Below, piece after piece: positions 18,269-27,733 of a DNA stretch of 43,892 bases. Every line of letters begins with the position of its first letter. Position 1 is the stretch's first letter. The notes under the pieces were generated by a model. That model saw only the letters and a program-made list of their open reading frames with translations. It was not told the DNA's origin and made no database searches. The DNA comes from Candidatus Nanohaloarchaea archaeon (GTDB lineage: Archaea; Nanohalarchaeota; Nanosalinia; Nanosalinales; Nanosalinaceae): the NCBI GenBank assembly GCA_041639695.1, contig JBEQBQ010000008.1, positions 1 to 43,892 on the forward strand, given 5' to 3'. A program made the translations under genes and the position numbers.

Positions 18269-19426
18269 ATGGCTCAATCTGACAAACTTCAAAACTTCCT
18301 AAAAGAGAATAATCTTGACGCCTTTCTTAGAAATGGAATAACTAATGAAGACAGTAATCTTTACTATCTTACTGGAATTAAGATACCAGACTCCGCAACA
18401 TACCTGCAGAAACCAGACAACTCCACTTTAATGGTCAGCAGAAATCTGGAGCTCAATAGAGCGAGAAGCGAGGCGGATGTTGACGAAGTTACAAGTTCAA
18501 ACGAGTTTGTATCTCAAGACGAACAAGATCCTGCAGAAAGCATAGCAAAGCTATTAGAAGAGAAAAACGTGAAGAAGGTCGCGGTACAGAAAGACTTCGA
18601 CCTCGGGCTAGCAGAGAAGCTAAGGAATCACGGGTTAGAATTAGAAGTTGTAGACGATGTCATAATGGAATCAAGAAAAACAAAGTCAGAGCAAGAAATC
18701 CAAAAGATAAGAAACGTCCAGCAAACCACTGAAAAGTCCATGAAAAAGCTGGGAAAACTGCTGGAAAAAGCAGATGTTAAACAGGGAACTCTTTACCTTG
18801 ATGGAAAAGTCTTGACAGCAGAAGAGTTGAAATCAAGGATAGAGAAGTTTCTTCTGGACCAGAACTGTAGAAATCCAGAAGGGATGATAATAACCTCGGG
18901 AAAAGCAAGTGGAGACCCGCACAAAAGAGAATCAGGGGAAATTAAGGCCGGAGATACTATAATCGCTGATATATTCCCCAGAAACAAGTCAAAGTACTTC
19001 GGAGATATGACAAGAACGTTTGTTAAAGGAGATGCCAGTTCTGAGATTAAACAGATGAAAGAAGCTGTCGAAGAGGCAAAAAAGGCCGCTCTTAAAGTTT
19101 TAGAGAACGGATCCGGAACAAAGGCTTCAGAGGTTCATAACGCAGCCTGCGATGTCCTGGAGGAAAAAGGTTACGAGACTCTTAGGACGGGAGCTGAAAC
19201 GAAAGATTTCACTCATTCGACAGGACATGCCGTAGGACTTGACCTCCACGAACCTCCTAAACTGAAATTTGGGGATGATGAATTGAAGCCAGGAATGATT
19301 CTAACTATAGAACCCGGACTCTACGACCCGGATATCGGCGGTGTAAGACTGGAGGATATGATTCTGGTGACTGAAAACGGTTATGAAAACTTTAACTCGA
19401 TGCATCAGAAACTAGAAGTTGAGTAG
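18269..19426 (+). CDS. Xaa-Pro aminopeptidase (M24 family)
   Basis: D...YFGDMTRT, HSTGHAVGLDLHE, TIEPGLY, GVRLED. Confidence 0.93.
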   Translation: MAQSDKLQNFLKENNLDAFLRNGITNEDSNLYYLTGIKIPDSATYLQKPDNSTLMVSRNLELNRARSEADVDEVTSSNEFVSQDEQDPAESIAKLLEEKNVKKVAVQKDFDLGLAEKLRNHGLELEVVDDVIMESRKTKSEQEIQKIRNVQQTTEKSMKKLGKLLEKADVKQGTLYLDGKVLTAEELKSRIEKFLLDQNCRNPEGMIITSGKASGDPHKRESGEIKAGDTIIADIFPRNKSKYFGDMTRTFVKGDASSEIKQMKEAVEEAKKAALKVLENGSGTKASEVHNAACDVLEEKGYETLRTGAETKDFTHSTGHAVGLDLHEPPKLKFGDDELKPGMILTIEPGLYDPDIGGVRLEDMILVTENGYENFNSMHQKLEVE

Positions 19427-19441
19427 TATCAATACTAAGAT

Positions 19442-21022
19442 TTAGTCAAGCTCCTTTACCATGTAGGGACCTTCTTTCTCGTAGTCAAACTTCCTGTAAT
19501 ACTCCCTAGTTCCGACAGCTGAGATAACGACAACCTTGTCTTTTCCAAGTTCCCGGGCTTTTTCTTCAGCCTTCTCCATAAGTTTTGTTCCGTAACCTGT
19601 GTGTTGTGTGTCGCCTTCTTCTCCTATGTCTGTGGCGCTTCCCATGACCTTGAGCTGGCGGACAATCAAGGTGTTCTCATCGATCTCAGGCCTGAAGGAT
19701 TCAGGTGGCGCACGCAGACGTGTAAAACCAAGTATGATGTCCTGGTTGGTATCCTCATAGCTTAGGAAGTACTCTTTTCCTCCAGATGCATCGTAACTTC
19801 TCTCAACCAGCTCCACGTCTTCAGGTTCACGGCCGTGTTTAGCTTTCTGGTGTCCTACCTCTCTACACCTTATACATCTACATCTTTCTCCTTCTTTCTC
19901 CATCTCCTGCAAAGCCATCTGTCTCATGTTTGTTAGTTGAGGGCCTGCATCAACCTCTGTAGACGGAATATCCCGCATCACACGTTTGACTCGTACGTGA
20001 GGAGGCATGTGGTTCTTCAGTACTTCTTTAAGTCGTTCCTTGGCTTCTTCACTTGAGATAGGTTCGAAATCGCCTTCCTCATACTGTCTATAAAGCTCTG
20101 TTCCCTGTATAACCTCACACGGGTAGATCTTTACTTCGTCAGGCTGGTAGTCCTGGTTCGAGAAAGCTTCCTTGAACTTCTCAATATCCTCTTCGTATCC
20201 TTCACCTGGAAGACCTAGCATCAGGTGGTATGCGACCTTGAACCCTGCGTTCTTCAAACGTTTCGTGGCCTCAATCACTTTATCCATCCCATGGCCTCTG
20301 TTAGTAATTTCGTGTGTCTCATCAAAGACAGTCTGAACACCCATCTCAGTTCTAGTGCCTCCCATCTCAAGTATTCTGTCGATGTGTTTTGTTTCACAGA
20401 TATCAGGTCTTGTCTCGAACGTTACACCGACGTTTCTTACTTGAGCGGTCTCGTTCAGTTTTTGTGCATCCTCAAGTGATTCTGCCTCCTCGAGATCCGA
20501 GCCTTCAGGATATGTGTTGAACGCATCGAACGCTTTCTTGACGAATGCTTTCTGGTAGTCGGGGTCCTGGAACGGGAAGGTTCCTCCCATAACGATAAGC
20601 TTTGATTTGTCGATCGAGTGCCCGTTTTTCTCGTACTGTTCTAGTCTGTCAGTCGCCTGATCGTAAGGGTCGTACTGGTTTCTGATCGCACGTCTTGTCG
20701 CAGGTTCTTTCCCTGTGTAGCTTTGTGGTGCGTCCTTTCCTTTCGGACAGTAGATGCAGCCTCCACCACATGGCGCGGGACGTGCCATTATAGCTATATT
20801 GGCTATGCCGGAGATTGTACGCATCGGTTTAGTCTTCAAAAGTTTCTCTGCTTTCTCCTCCCCCTCCTCAACGAACTTCAGTATATCAGAGTTCTTGGGC
20901 ATGCCGTCGAACGAGTGTTTTGAACAAAGATCTTTTTTCCTCTGTTCGATCTCGTCCTTTGACTGGATTTCGCCTTCTTCTATTTCTTCAATTATGCCTC
21001 GGGAGATTTTCTTCAGTACCAT
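19442..21022 (-). CDS. elp3: Elp3 tRNA uridine(34) acetyltransferase (radical SAM + KAT)
   Basis: QSYTGKEP, GGTF, ETRPD, EMGVQ, KIYP, RDIP, CIRCRE, QHTGYG, ISAVGTREYY. Confidence 0.95.
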   Translation of the reverse strand: MVLKKISRGIIEEIEEGEIQSKDEIEQRKKDLCSKHSFDGMPKNSDILKFVEEGEEKAEKLLKTKPMRTISGIANIAIMARPAPCGGGCIYCPKGKDAPQSYTGKEPATRRAIRNQYDPYDQATDRLEQYEKNGHSIDKSKLIVMGGTFPFQDPDYQKAFVKKAFDAFNTYPEGSDLEEAESLEDAQKLNETAQVRNVGVTFETRPDICETKHIDRILEMGGTRTEMGVQTVFDETHEITNRGHGMDKVIEATKRLKNAGFKVAYHLMLGLPGEGYEEDIEKFKEAFSNQDYQPDEVKIYPCEVIQGTELYRQYEEGDFEPISSEEAKERLKEVLKNHMPPHVRVKRVMRDIPSTEVDAGPQLTNMRQMALQEMEKEGERCRCIRCREVGHQKAKHGREPEDVELVERSYDASGGKEYFLSYEDTNQDIILGFTRLRAPPESFRPEIDENTLIVRQLKVMGSATDIGEEGDTQHTGYGTKLMEKAEEKARELGKDKVVVISAVGTREYYRKFDYEKEGPYMVKELD

Positions 21023-21075
21023 AATACACAGCTCCGGATGAAATGTTAAAAAGAAAAGCCGCTTGCAGAAAATTT

Positions 21076-21933
21076 ATGAGAAAATACATTATTTTATTCG
21101 GAGTACTATTTTTCTCGGTTTCACTCGGATCAGCAGGACTTTTCGACTCAGGAGGAAGAGCAGCAGTAGTGAAGCTCAGCGGTTCAATAACGCCTTCATC
21201 CTCCGGGGGTCTAGGTGCAACCAGTTCTATAAATCCTGAGAAAGTAAGACAGTTGAACTCTCAAGCACTGAGAAATAATGCAGAAGCTATAATCTATGAG
21301 TGGAACTCTGGAGGAGGCGCAGTTGTTGCTTCGAAAGAAATCAGGCAATCGATAGAATCTATTGAAGTGCCTACTGTCTGTCGTTTCAGGGATGTTGCAG
21401 CTTCAGGCGCCTATCTTGCCTCGCTGGGATGCGACAGAATAGTTGCAGACTCGGCGTCTATAACAGGCAGTATCGGAGTTAGAAGCTCTTACCTGGAGTT
21501 TTCCGGTTTGTTAGATAAATACGGTGTTGAGTACGTCAATATTTCTTCAGGATCTTTGAAGGAGGCCGGATCACAGTTTACAAACCTCACCGAAGATGAA
21601 CGCCAGCTGCTCCAAGAAAAAGTCAACAAGCTTGGAAACCAGTTCATATCTGAAGTTGCTCAAGAAAGAGGACTTAACTCTTCGGAGGTCGGAAAGGTAG
21701 AGACAGGACAGATTTTCCTTGGTTCGGAGGCTGAAAAATTCGGTCTTGTCGATACTTTAGGCGGAAGAAAGACCGCGGTTGATGTAGCAGGGAACATGAC
21801 CGGAAGACAGCTCACAACTTTTGAAGTTGAGACCGGTTCCAGCTTCAGCCTTCTCTCGCTGCTTGGATCTGATTCACTGCTGAAAAAGTTTCTATCTAAC
21901 GGGGAAAGTCCTGTAAAGGCAGAATGGAGATAG
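21076..21933 (+). CDS. sppA: Signal peptide peptidase SppA (S49)
   Basis: N-terminal TM helix, NSGGG, AASGAY, TGSIGV, GLVDTLG. Confidence 0.9.
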   Translation: MRKYIILFGVLFFSVSLGSAGLFDSGGRAAVVKLSGSITPSSSGGLGATSSINPEKVRQLNSQALRNNAEAIIYEWNSGGGAVVASKEIRQSIESIEVPTVCRFRDVAASGAYLASLGCDRIVADSASITGSIGVRSSYLEFSGLLDKYGVEYVNISSGSLKEAGSQFTNLTEDERQLLQEKVNKLGNQFISEVAQERGLNSSEVGKVETGQIFLGSEAEKFGLVDTLGGRKTAVDVAGNMTGRQLTTFEVETGSSFSLLSLLGSDSLLKKFLSNGESPVKAEWR

Positions 21934-21946
21934 AAAGTAGGGACCG

Positions 21947-21969
21947 GAAACTGTGTGAAAAACAGTTTC
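21947..21969. terminator. Hairpin between convergent sppA and trmB
   Basis: GAAACTGT-GTGAAAA-ACAGTTTC, 8-bp stem. Confidence 0.5.
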
Positions 21970-21983
21970 AACGGGTAAAAAGA

Positions 21984-22826
21984 CTATTCTGGTTTCTCCG
22001 GTCCTTCTGGTGGTTCTTCTGAGTGGTGCCAGAGCATGTCGAAGACAGGTTCCATCGTATCCTGTGCCATGTGGTCTGACTTTGTCCAGAAAGCTGTGTC
22101 CTGTGTCTCGTGTACTTCGTCGTGTGTCATCGACATGGTTAGTGCGTCGTTGTCGATAATTGCAAATCTTCCTTCTGGAACATCAAACTCATCTTTGCCT
22201 TCCATATGTCTTACTTCTGCGTGTTCAGAAATTGACTCACATGCATCTCTGTTCTTGTCAGTTACAGGTGCGAGAATCTTCAGGTTGACTCCTGCATCTT
22301 TGGCTTCTTCGATCACGTCTGCATGGTTCTCGTAAAGGTTGTTCAGACCTTCTTCCGAGGTTGCGATTTTGATCGATTCCTCTGCTTCTTTGAACATGGT
22401 TCCCATGTGCTGGTTGATCTGGTGGTGTCCTTTGAGGGAGCCAGACATTTCCTCTGGTTCAACTAGCTCAAGACCTTGGTCGTAGAGGTCTTCTAGTTCG
22501 TTTACAGCTTCGGAATCTTTGAAACTATCAAGTTTTTCTAGTTTATCCTCCAGATCGCGCTCGTGGCTTTTCTTTATGTTTTCGATGGCTTGCTGAGGAG
22601 GGATTGCCACGTATTCCATAGGTTGAGAGGATTTGATTACTGCGAAGCCTTTCTCCGCTAGTGATTCGAGAACGTCGTAAGCTCTGGAACGTGGGACGTT
22701 TGTCATCTCCGACAGCTCTCCGGCTGTCGATACGCTCCGTCCCAGGAGCGCTGAGTATATTTTTCTTTCGTACATGTTCAATCCGATGTCTTCTAGCTTG
22801 TCCAGAGTTTCTTGGCTTGCGACCAT
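21984..22826 (-). CDS. trmB: TrmB family transcriptional regulator
   Basis: GLNMYERKIY...VPRSRAYDVLESLAEKG HTH plus C-terminal effector domain. Confidence 0.9.
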   Translation of the reverse strand: MVASQETLDKLEDIGLNMYERKIYSALLGRSVSTAGELSEMTNVPRSRAYDVLESLAEKGFAVIKSSQPMEYVAIPPQQAIENIKKSHERDLEDKLEKLDSFKDSEAVNELEDLYDQGLELVEPEEMSGSLKGHHQINQHMGTMFKEAEESIKIATSEEGLNNLYENHADVIEEAKDAGVNLKILAPVTDKNRDACESISEHAEVRHMEGKDEFDVPEGRFAIIDNDALTMSMTHDEVHETQDTAFWTKSDHMAQDTMEPVFDMLWHHSEEPPEGPEKPE

Positions 22827-22944
22827 GTTTTTTACACCTTCTATTAACAAAACTTTTCAGTACGGCAGTTATAAACCTTATCCGGCCGTTTAGGCCCCGA
22901 CCAGATTAGTTTATTATCGCCTAGTAATAATTGCTACTGAAGAT

Positions 22945-23589
22945 TTATAAATACTTGTTCGCTTTCTGTCTCAGCTTAGTCAGGAAGCCTCCAGCCTTCT
23001 TCCCATAGATCTCTCTTTCCTCATGAAGACCTTTCCACTCAAGCCCATCAAAAGCCGAGCCAACCTGATTGCCGTAACTATCGTAGAAACAGACCTCGTT
23101 CAAACCGAACTTCGAAGGCCTCTCAACCTCATCGGTGGCAAAACCGAATCCCAGTAAATCAAGTGGCTGTTTGCCTGTCGGAATACCAAACTGTTCAGCT
23201 ATCCGATCCGGGTCGAAACCTCCTACCCAGAAAGATCCAAAACCTTCCTCCTCAGCGACCAGCCTCATGTTCTGTACGGCACAGGCTGCTTCAGCATTAC
23301 ATGCCTCTCTGGCCATGTGATCGCCGTACCTGCGGGACATCCTATCAATATCTCCCAGAACTATTACCGCTGTAGGAACCTCCTCCAACCTATGATCGTC
23401 TGCTGATTCTGAAAGCATCTCTTTCTTGTGTTCATCCTCAACCACGATAAACTCAAGGCTCTGAACATTTCCCGGCGAGGGAGCGTTCCTTCCTGCCTCA
23501 AGAACCTTGCCCATAGACTTTCTGGGAATAGTATCGTCTTTACAGCTCCTGAAAGATTTAAGGCCAAGTACCGAATCGAAAACACTCAT
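22945..23589 (-). CDS. Nitroreductase family protein
   Basis: LEAGRNAPSPGNVQ.LEFIVV, QNMRLVA...GFGSFWVG. Confidence 0.85.
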   Translation of the reverse strand: MSVFDSVLGLKSFRSCKDDTIPRKSMGKVLEAGRNAPSPGNVQSLEFIVVEDEHKKEMLSESADDHRLEEVPTAVIVLGDIDRMSRRYGDHMAREACNAEAACAVQNMRLVAEEEGFGSFWVGGFDPDRIAEQFGIPTGKQPLDLLGFGFATDEVERPSKFGLNEVCFYDSYGNQVGSAFDGLEWKGLHEEREIYGKKAGGFLTKLRQKANKYL

Positions 23590-23641
23590 GTTTAATGGGT
23601 TAGTGCCCACGGTTTAAACCTTTCAGCCCGAAAACCCTCCT

Positions 23642-25315
23642 ATGCAGTATTCAAAACTTGTAGACAGTTACAGAAAACTGGGAGACACACAGTCAACCCT
23701 CGACAAGACAGATATTCTAGCAGAACTGTACTCCTCCAATCCTGAGAACCTGGAATCCCTCGTACTCCTATCGATGGGCAGGCCTTTCCCAGACTGGAAG
23801 GATCTAGATCTGGGCATCTCAAGCAAGACCATGGTCGACATAATAAAAGAAGCTACAGGAAGATCGGAGGAAGAGATAGAGAAAGTCTGGAAAGAAGAAG
23901 GCGACTTAGGTCTGGCGGCCGAAAGGATGGTTGAGAAAAAGACCCAGCAAAGGTTGATGACGAAAGAGTTGACAGTAGAACGGGTTATGGACAAGCTCGA
24001 GAAAGTAGCGAAGATGGGTAACTCAGGCCTTTCCAGCTCCGTTTCTATGGATAAAAAGAAGAAAGAAGTTGCCGACCTTATCTCATCAGCAGAACCTGAA
24101 GAAGCACGTTACGTTGCCAGAACATTCCTTCAAAACCTGAGACTGGGTGTAGCCGAAGGACTTGTACGTGATGCACTAGCAGAGGCTTTTTTCGATGGAG
24201 AAAATACGGAGATAATACAACATGCATACGACCTAACGAACGACTTCACAGCGGTAGCGGAGGCTTGCAAGCAGGGCGTTGAAGCCTTGGAGGAACTTGA
24301 GATAGAGGTCTTCCGGCCTATAAACTCTATGCTGGCGAAGAAAGTTGATACTATCGAAGAAGGTTTCGAATCTGTAGGCAAACCTGCCGCAATCGACTAC
24401 AAATACGATGGAATGAGAGCCCAGATACATATTGACGGAGACGAGGTTAAAGTATTCACTAGAAGGCTCGAGGACGTTACAAAACAGTTCCCGGATGTTG
24501 TAGAAGCTGTTAAGAACAATATTGACGCTGAAAAATGTATTATAGATACCGAGATCTTGGCCTACGATCCTGAGACAGGGTCTACGATCCCGTTCCAGAA
24601 GCTTTCGAAGAGGATCAAGAGGAAGTACGATATACAGAAACTGAAAAAGGAGATCCCTGTAGAGGTAAGACCTTTCGACCTGATCTACCTTAACGGTTCG
24701 ATGCTTGACGAAGAGTATATCGATAGATGGTCGAAGCTCGGCGGAATTGTGGAAGAGGAGAAACAGGAGTTGAGGCTGGTAGACCACTTTGAAACCTCTG
24801 AAGAAGAAAGGGTGCAGGAACTTCAGCAGAAAGCTCTTTCCGAGGGACATGAAGGAATCATGATGAAGTCTCTTAACGTTAGATACAAGCCAGGGAACCG
24901 TGTAGGCTACATGGTGAAGCTGAAACCGGTAATGGAAACCTTGGACCTGGCGATAATCGGCGCAAAATGGGGTGAAGGACGACGTAGTGGATGGCTCTCC
25001 CGTTTGAAGCTTGGTTGCTGGGATGAAAAATCTCAAGAGTACAAGATGGTTGGACGTATGGCCACAGGCTTAACCGATGAGCAATTGGAAGAGATAACTG
25101 AGAAACTTGAACCGTTAATCGTTAATGAGGGTGGCAGAGACGTAGAAGTTCGACCTGAAGTTATCGTGGAAGCCGAGTATGAAGAGATACAGAAAAGTCC
25201 GAACTATTCTTCAGGTTACGCCTTGAGATTTCCGAGAATGAAACAGTTCAGGGACGATAAGGAAAACGCTGATTCTTTAGAAAAAGTGGTTAATCTCTAC
25301 GAGGATCAAAATTAA
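23642..25315 (+). CDS. lig: ATP-dependent DNA ligase
   Basis: KYDGMRAQIH motif I, FDLIY, EGIMMK, KLKP, ALRFPR. Confidence 0.96.
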   Translation: MQYSKLVDSYRKLGDTQSTLDKTDILAELYSSNPENLESLVLLSMGRPFPDWKDLDLGISSKTMVDIIKEATGRSEEEIEKVWKEEGDLGLAAERMVEKKTQQRLMTKELTVERVMDKLEKVAKMGNSGLSSSVSMDKKKKEVADLISSAEPEEARYVARTFLQNLRLGVAEGLVRDALAEAFFDGENTEIIQHAYDLTNDFTAVAEACKQGVEALEELEIEVFRPINSMLAKKVDTIEEGFESVGKPAAIDYKYDGMRAQIHIDGDEVKVFTRRLEDVTKQFPDVVEAVKNNIDAEKCIIDTEILAYDPETGSTIPFQKLSKRIKRKYDIQKLKKEIPVEVRPFDLIYLNGSMLDEEYIDRWSKLGGIVEEEKQELRLVDHFETSEEERVQELQQKALSEGHEGIMMKSLNVRYKPGNRVGYMVKLKPVMETLDLAIIGAKWGEGRRSGWLSRLKLGCWDEKSQEYKMVGRMATGLTDEQLEEITEKLEPLIVNEGGRDVEVRPEVIVEAEYEEIQKSPNYSSGYALRFPRMKQFRDDKENADSLEKVVNLYEDQN

Positions 25316-25336
25316 AGAAAAAAGGTAGAAAGAGGT

Positions 25337-25702
25337 TTAATCGTGTTTCTGTGCTTTGTGAATACTTAGTCCTCTCGAAGTGTCGAAAGTTCTTCCACAT
25401 TCTTCACAGGTATGTCCTTCCTGTTCTACAGCTTCCTTGACCTGTTCCTGTGTCTGTTCGGCTGAGGAAGTTGTTTCTTCTTCGGTCTGGAACTGCTGCT
25501 GGAGGCCTTCTCTGCTGTCCTTCTCTTTCCTCATCTTCCACTCATCGCTTTCAAGCCAGACTACAAACGCTCCTACAAGCACTAGAAGCGGTCCAATACC
25601 AGCTTGAACTAGATTTACGAGTTGTTCGAAGTAGGTTACTGAGGAGAAGACTCCTACGATAACCATTACGGCTCCGATCAGAATCTTTAGTGCCGGATTC
25701 AT
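25337..25702 (-). CDS. Two-TM membrane protein with C-terminal C2H2 zinc finger
   Basis: Two hydrophobic helices, Q/E/T-rich linker, CEECGRTFDTSRGLSIHKAQKH. Confidence 0.8.
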   Translation of the reverse strand: MNPALKILIGAVMVIVGVFSSVTYFEQLVNLVQAGIGPLLVLVGAFVVWLESDEWKMRKEKDSREGLQQQFQTEEETTSSAEQTQEQVKEAVEQEGHTCEECGRTFDTSRGLSIHKAQKHD

Positions 25703-25764
25703 AGTATCACAGACGAATAATAACACACTGATGTTTTATGTGTTTCGGCTTCTGAGTACTCAAT

Positions 25765-26307
25765 ATGCCCCGTAAAACAATCACTCTGGTCACAACTAAC
25801 GAGGACAAGCTTAACTCCTTTAGGAATGCAGCAACAGGCACCGGTATCGAGTTTGAAACAGCGGATATCCACTACCCTGAAGATCACGACTCTAACTCCA
25901 CAGAGGATATCGCAGAGAAAGGAGCTAAGTACTGTTTCCAGCAGCTCGGAAGACCTGTTATCGTGACCGATATCGGGCTTTTCATCGACTCTTTGAACGG
26001 TTTTCCAGGTGTAAACACCGGTTTCGTCCTAAACACTATAGGAAACGAGGGTATTCTAAAACTGGTTGAACAGAACAGAAACGCCGAGTTCAGGCTTTCA
26101 ATAGGTTATTGTGACAGCGAAAGAAACTTTTCAGTAACCGCATCTACAGAAGGAAGGATTGCCGAGGAAAAGAGAGGTGACGGCTTTGGCTTTGACCCTA
26201 TCTTCATACCCAAGGACTTAGATGAGACTTTCGGAGAGAATACTGAGATGCGGGATAAGCAATCTCCGAGATCTGAGGCTATAAGATTTCTCCTAGAAAA
26301 TTTATAG
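25765..26307 (+). CDS. Non-canonical purine NTP pyrophosphatase (Ham1/RdgB)
   Basis: TTNEDK, D.GLFIDSLNGFPG, GFGFDPIF. Confidence 0.9.
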   Translation: MPRKTITLVTTNEDKLNSFRNAATGTGIEFETADIHYPEDHDSNSTEDIAEKGAKYCFQQLGRPVIVTDIGLFIDSLNGFPGVNTGFVLNTIGNEGILKLVEQNRNAEFRLSIGYCDSERNFSVTASTEGRIAEEKRGDGFGFDPIFIPKDLDETFGENTEMRDKQSPRSEAIRFLLENL

Positions 26308-26343
26308 ACAAAGACTTTAATTCAACCAAAATTCACCAATATT

Positions 26344-27003
26344 ATGACTAAATTCTCAAGAAAACGAATAAGAAAGATATTGCTCGGACCGAACAATCAG
26401 CAAAAAGATGGAAATGAGAGAAACCGGATCTCAAGAAGATCCTTCCTGAAAAAGATAGGTCTAGGTAGCTTAGGCATAGGAGCTATGGGCCTATCCGCCA
26501 CCTCCGGCCTGAGAATTACAAATAACGGAGTTCTAGGAGGAGGAGACTCATCTTTCAACTCGGTAAGCTCAAACGAAGTATCGAAAAATGTTGGTCTAAC
26601 TACTTATCTTTCGTCAGACCAGTCAATAACGGACTACACTGTTACTAAGGTCAATATTGATACTGCTTCAGGAACAGATGAAAGAGGTTCCTTCAATACA
26701 TCAAACAACAGCATAGATATCAAAGAATCAGGAAAGTATCTAATCTCAGGACAAATTCAGTATGAATCCCTTTCTTCCTCTGCCACAGTATCAGGTAGGA
26801 TAGTTATTAATGGATCCACAAGCACCTACAACGTTGAAAAAACAGGTTCAGGAAGTTTCGCCACCAGGCCTCTTGCAGGAAAGCTTTTTGAATTGAACCA
26901 AGGCGATCAGATTACCTTGGAAACACGGCATACTTCAAGTAGTTCAGAAACTTTGAGATCGGGCGCTCACCGAAATTACCTTTCCGTGCAGAGACTTGGC
27001 TAG
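26344..27003 (+). CDS. Twin-arginine-motif protein with C1q/TNF-like C-terminal domain (putative surface adhesin)
   Basis: SRRSFLKK plus h-region; C-terminal GSF...ESGKYLISGQI...LFELNQGDQITL...YLSVQRLG jelly-roll pattern. Confidence 0.65.
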   Translation: MTKFSRKRIRKILLGPNNQQKDGNERNRISRRSFLKKIGLGSLGIGAMGLSATSGLRITNNGVLGGGDSSFNSVSSNEVSKNVGLTTYLSSDQSITDYTVTKVNIDTASGTDERGSFNTSNNSIDIKESGKYLISGQIQYESLSSSATVSGRIVINGSTSTYNVEKTGSGSFATRPLAGKLFELNQGDQITLETRHTSSSSETLRSGAHRNYLSVQRLG

Positions 27004-27066
27004 ATACCAGTAGCGCCATCGTTTATAATATTTTGCTTCTTCATAAAGACTACGAGGTTATCAAAA

Positions 27067-27642
27067 GTGGGATACTACGAGTACGCTAAGGACCAGTACG
27101 AGCAGCCTAAGGAGAATCTTGACGAACTCTGGCAGCAGCGTCTGGTCGAATGGAGGCAGCAAGATTCTATCATAAGTGTCGAAAACCCGACAAGGCTTCC
27201 GAAAGCAAGAGAACAAGGTTACAAAGCCAAAAAAGGCTTCAACACCGTCCGAGTTAAGATTAAGAAAGGAGCTTCGAAAAGAAAGAGACCTTCCGGCGGA
27301 AGAAGTCCAAGAAGGGCTGGACAGAGCCGTTATTCATCGAAGAAGTCGAAGCAGGTAATTGCAGAGCAGAGAGCTGCGAAAAAGTTCTCCAACCTAGAAG
27401 TACTCAACTCTTACTGGGTATGTGAGGACGGAAACTACAAGTGGTACGAGATAATCATGGTCGACCCTGAGAGACCTGAGATCCAGAACGATGACGACAT
27501 CAACTGGATCTGCGACCAGGAAAACAGGGCCGAGAGAGGAGTTACGCCTGCAGCCAAGAAGTCCCGAGGACTTAACAACAAGGGAACCGGCGCTGAGAAG
27601 GTAAGACCTTCAATCTCCAGCAACAAGGACAAAGGGAAGTAA
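27067..27642 (+). CDS. rpl15e: 50S ribosomal protein L15e
   Basis: PTRLPKAR..GYKAK.G, IAEQRA, LEVLNSYWV.EDG.YKWYE; GTG start with SD GAGGT. Confidence 0.96.
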   Translation: MGYYEYAKDQYEQPKENLDELWQQRLVEWRQQDSIISVENPTRLPKAREQGYKAKKGFNTVRVKIKKGASKRKRPSGGRSPRRAGQSRYSSKKSKQVIAEQRAAKKFSNLEVLNSYWVCEDGNYKWYEIIMVDPERPEIQNDDDINWICDQENRAERGVTPAAKKSRGLNNKGTGAEKVRPSISSNKDKGK

Positions 27643-27733
27643 ATTTTCCCCTACATATTCATTTGATCTTTCTTGCCGATTTCAGACATTCTATCGCTAA
27701 AAAATATAAGCCGGATAGATCCAATAGTTCATA

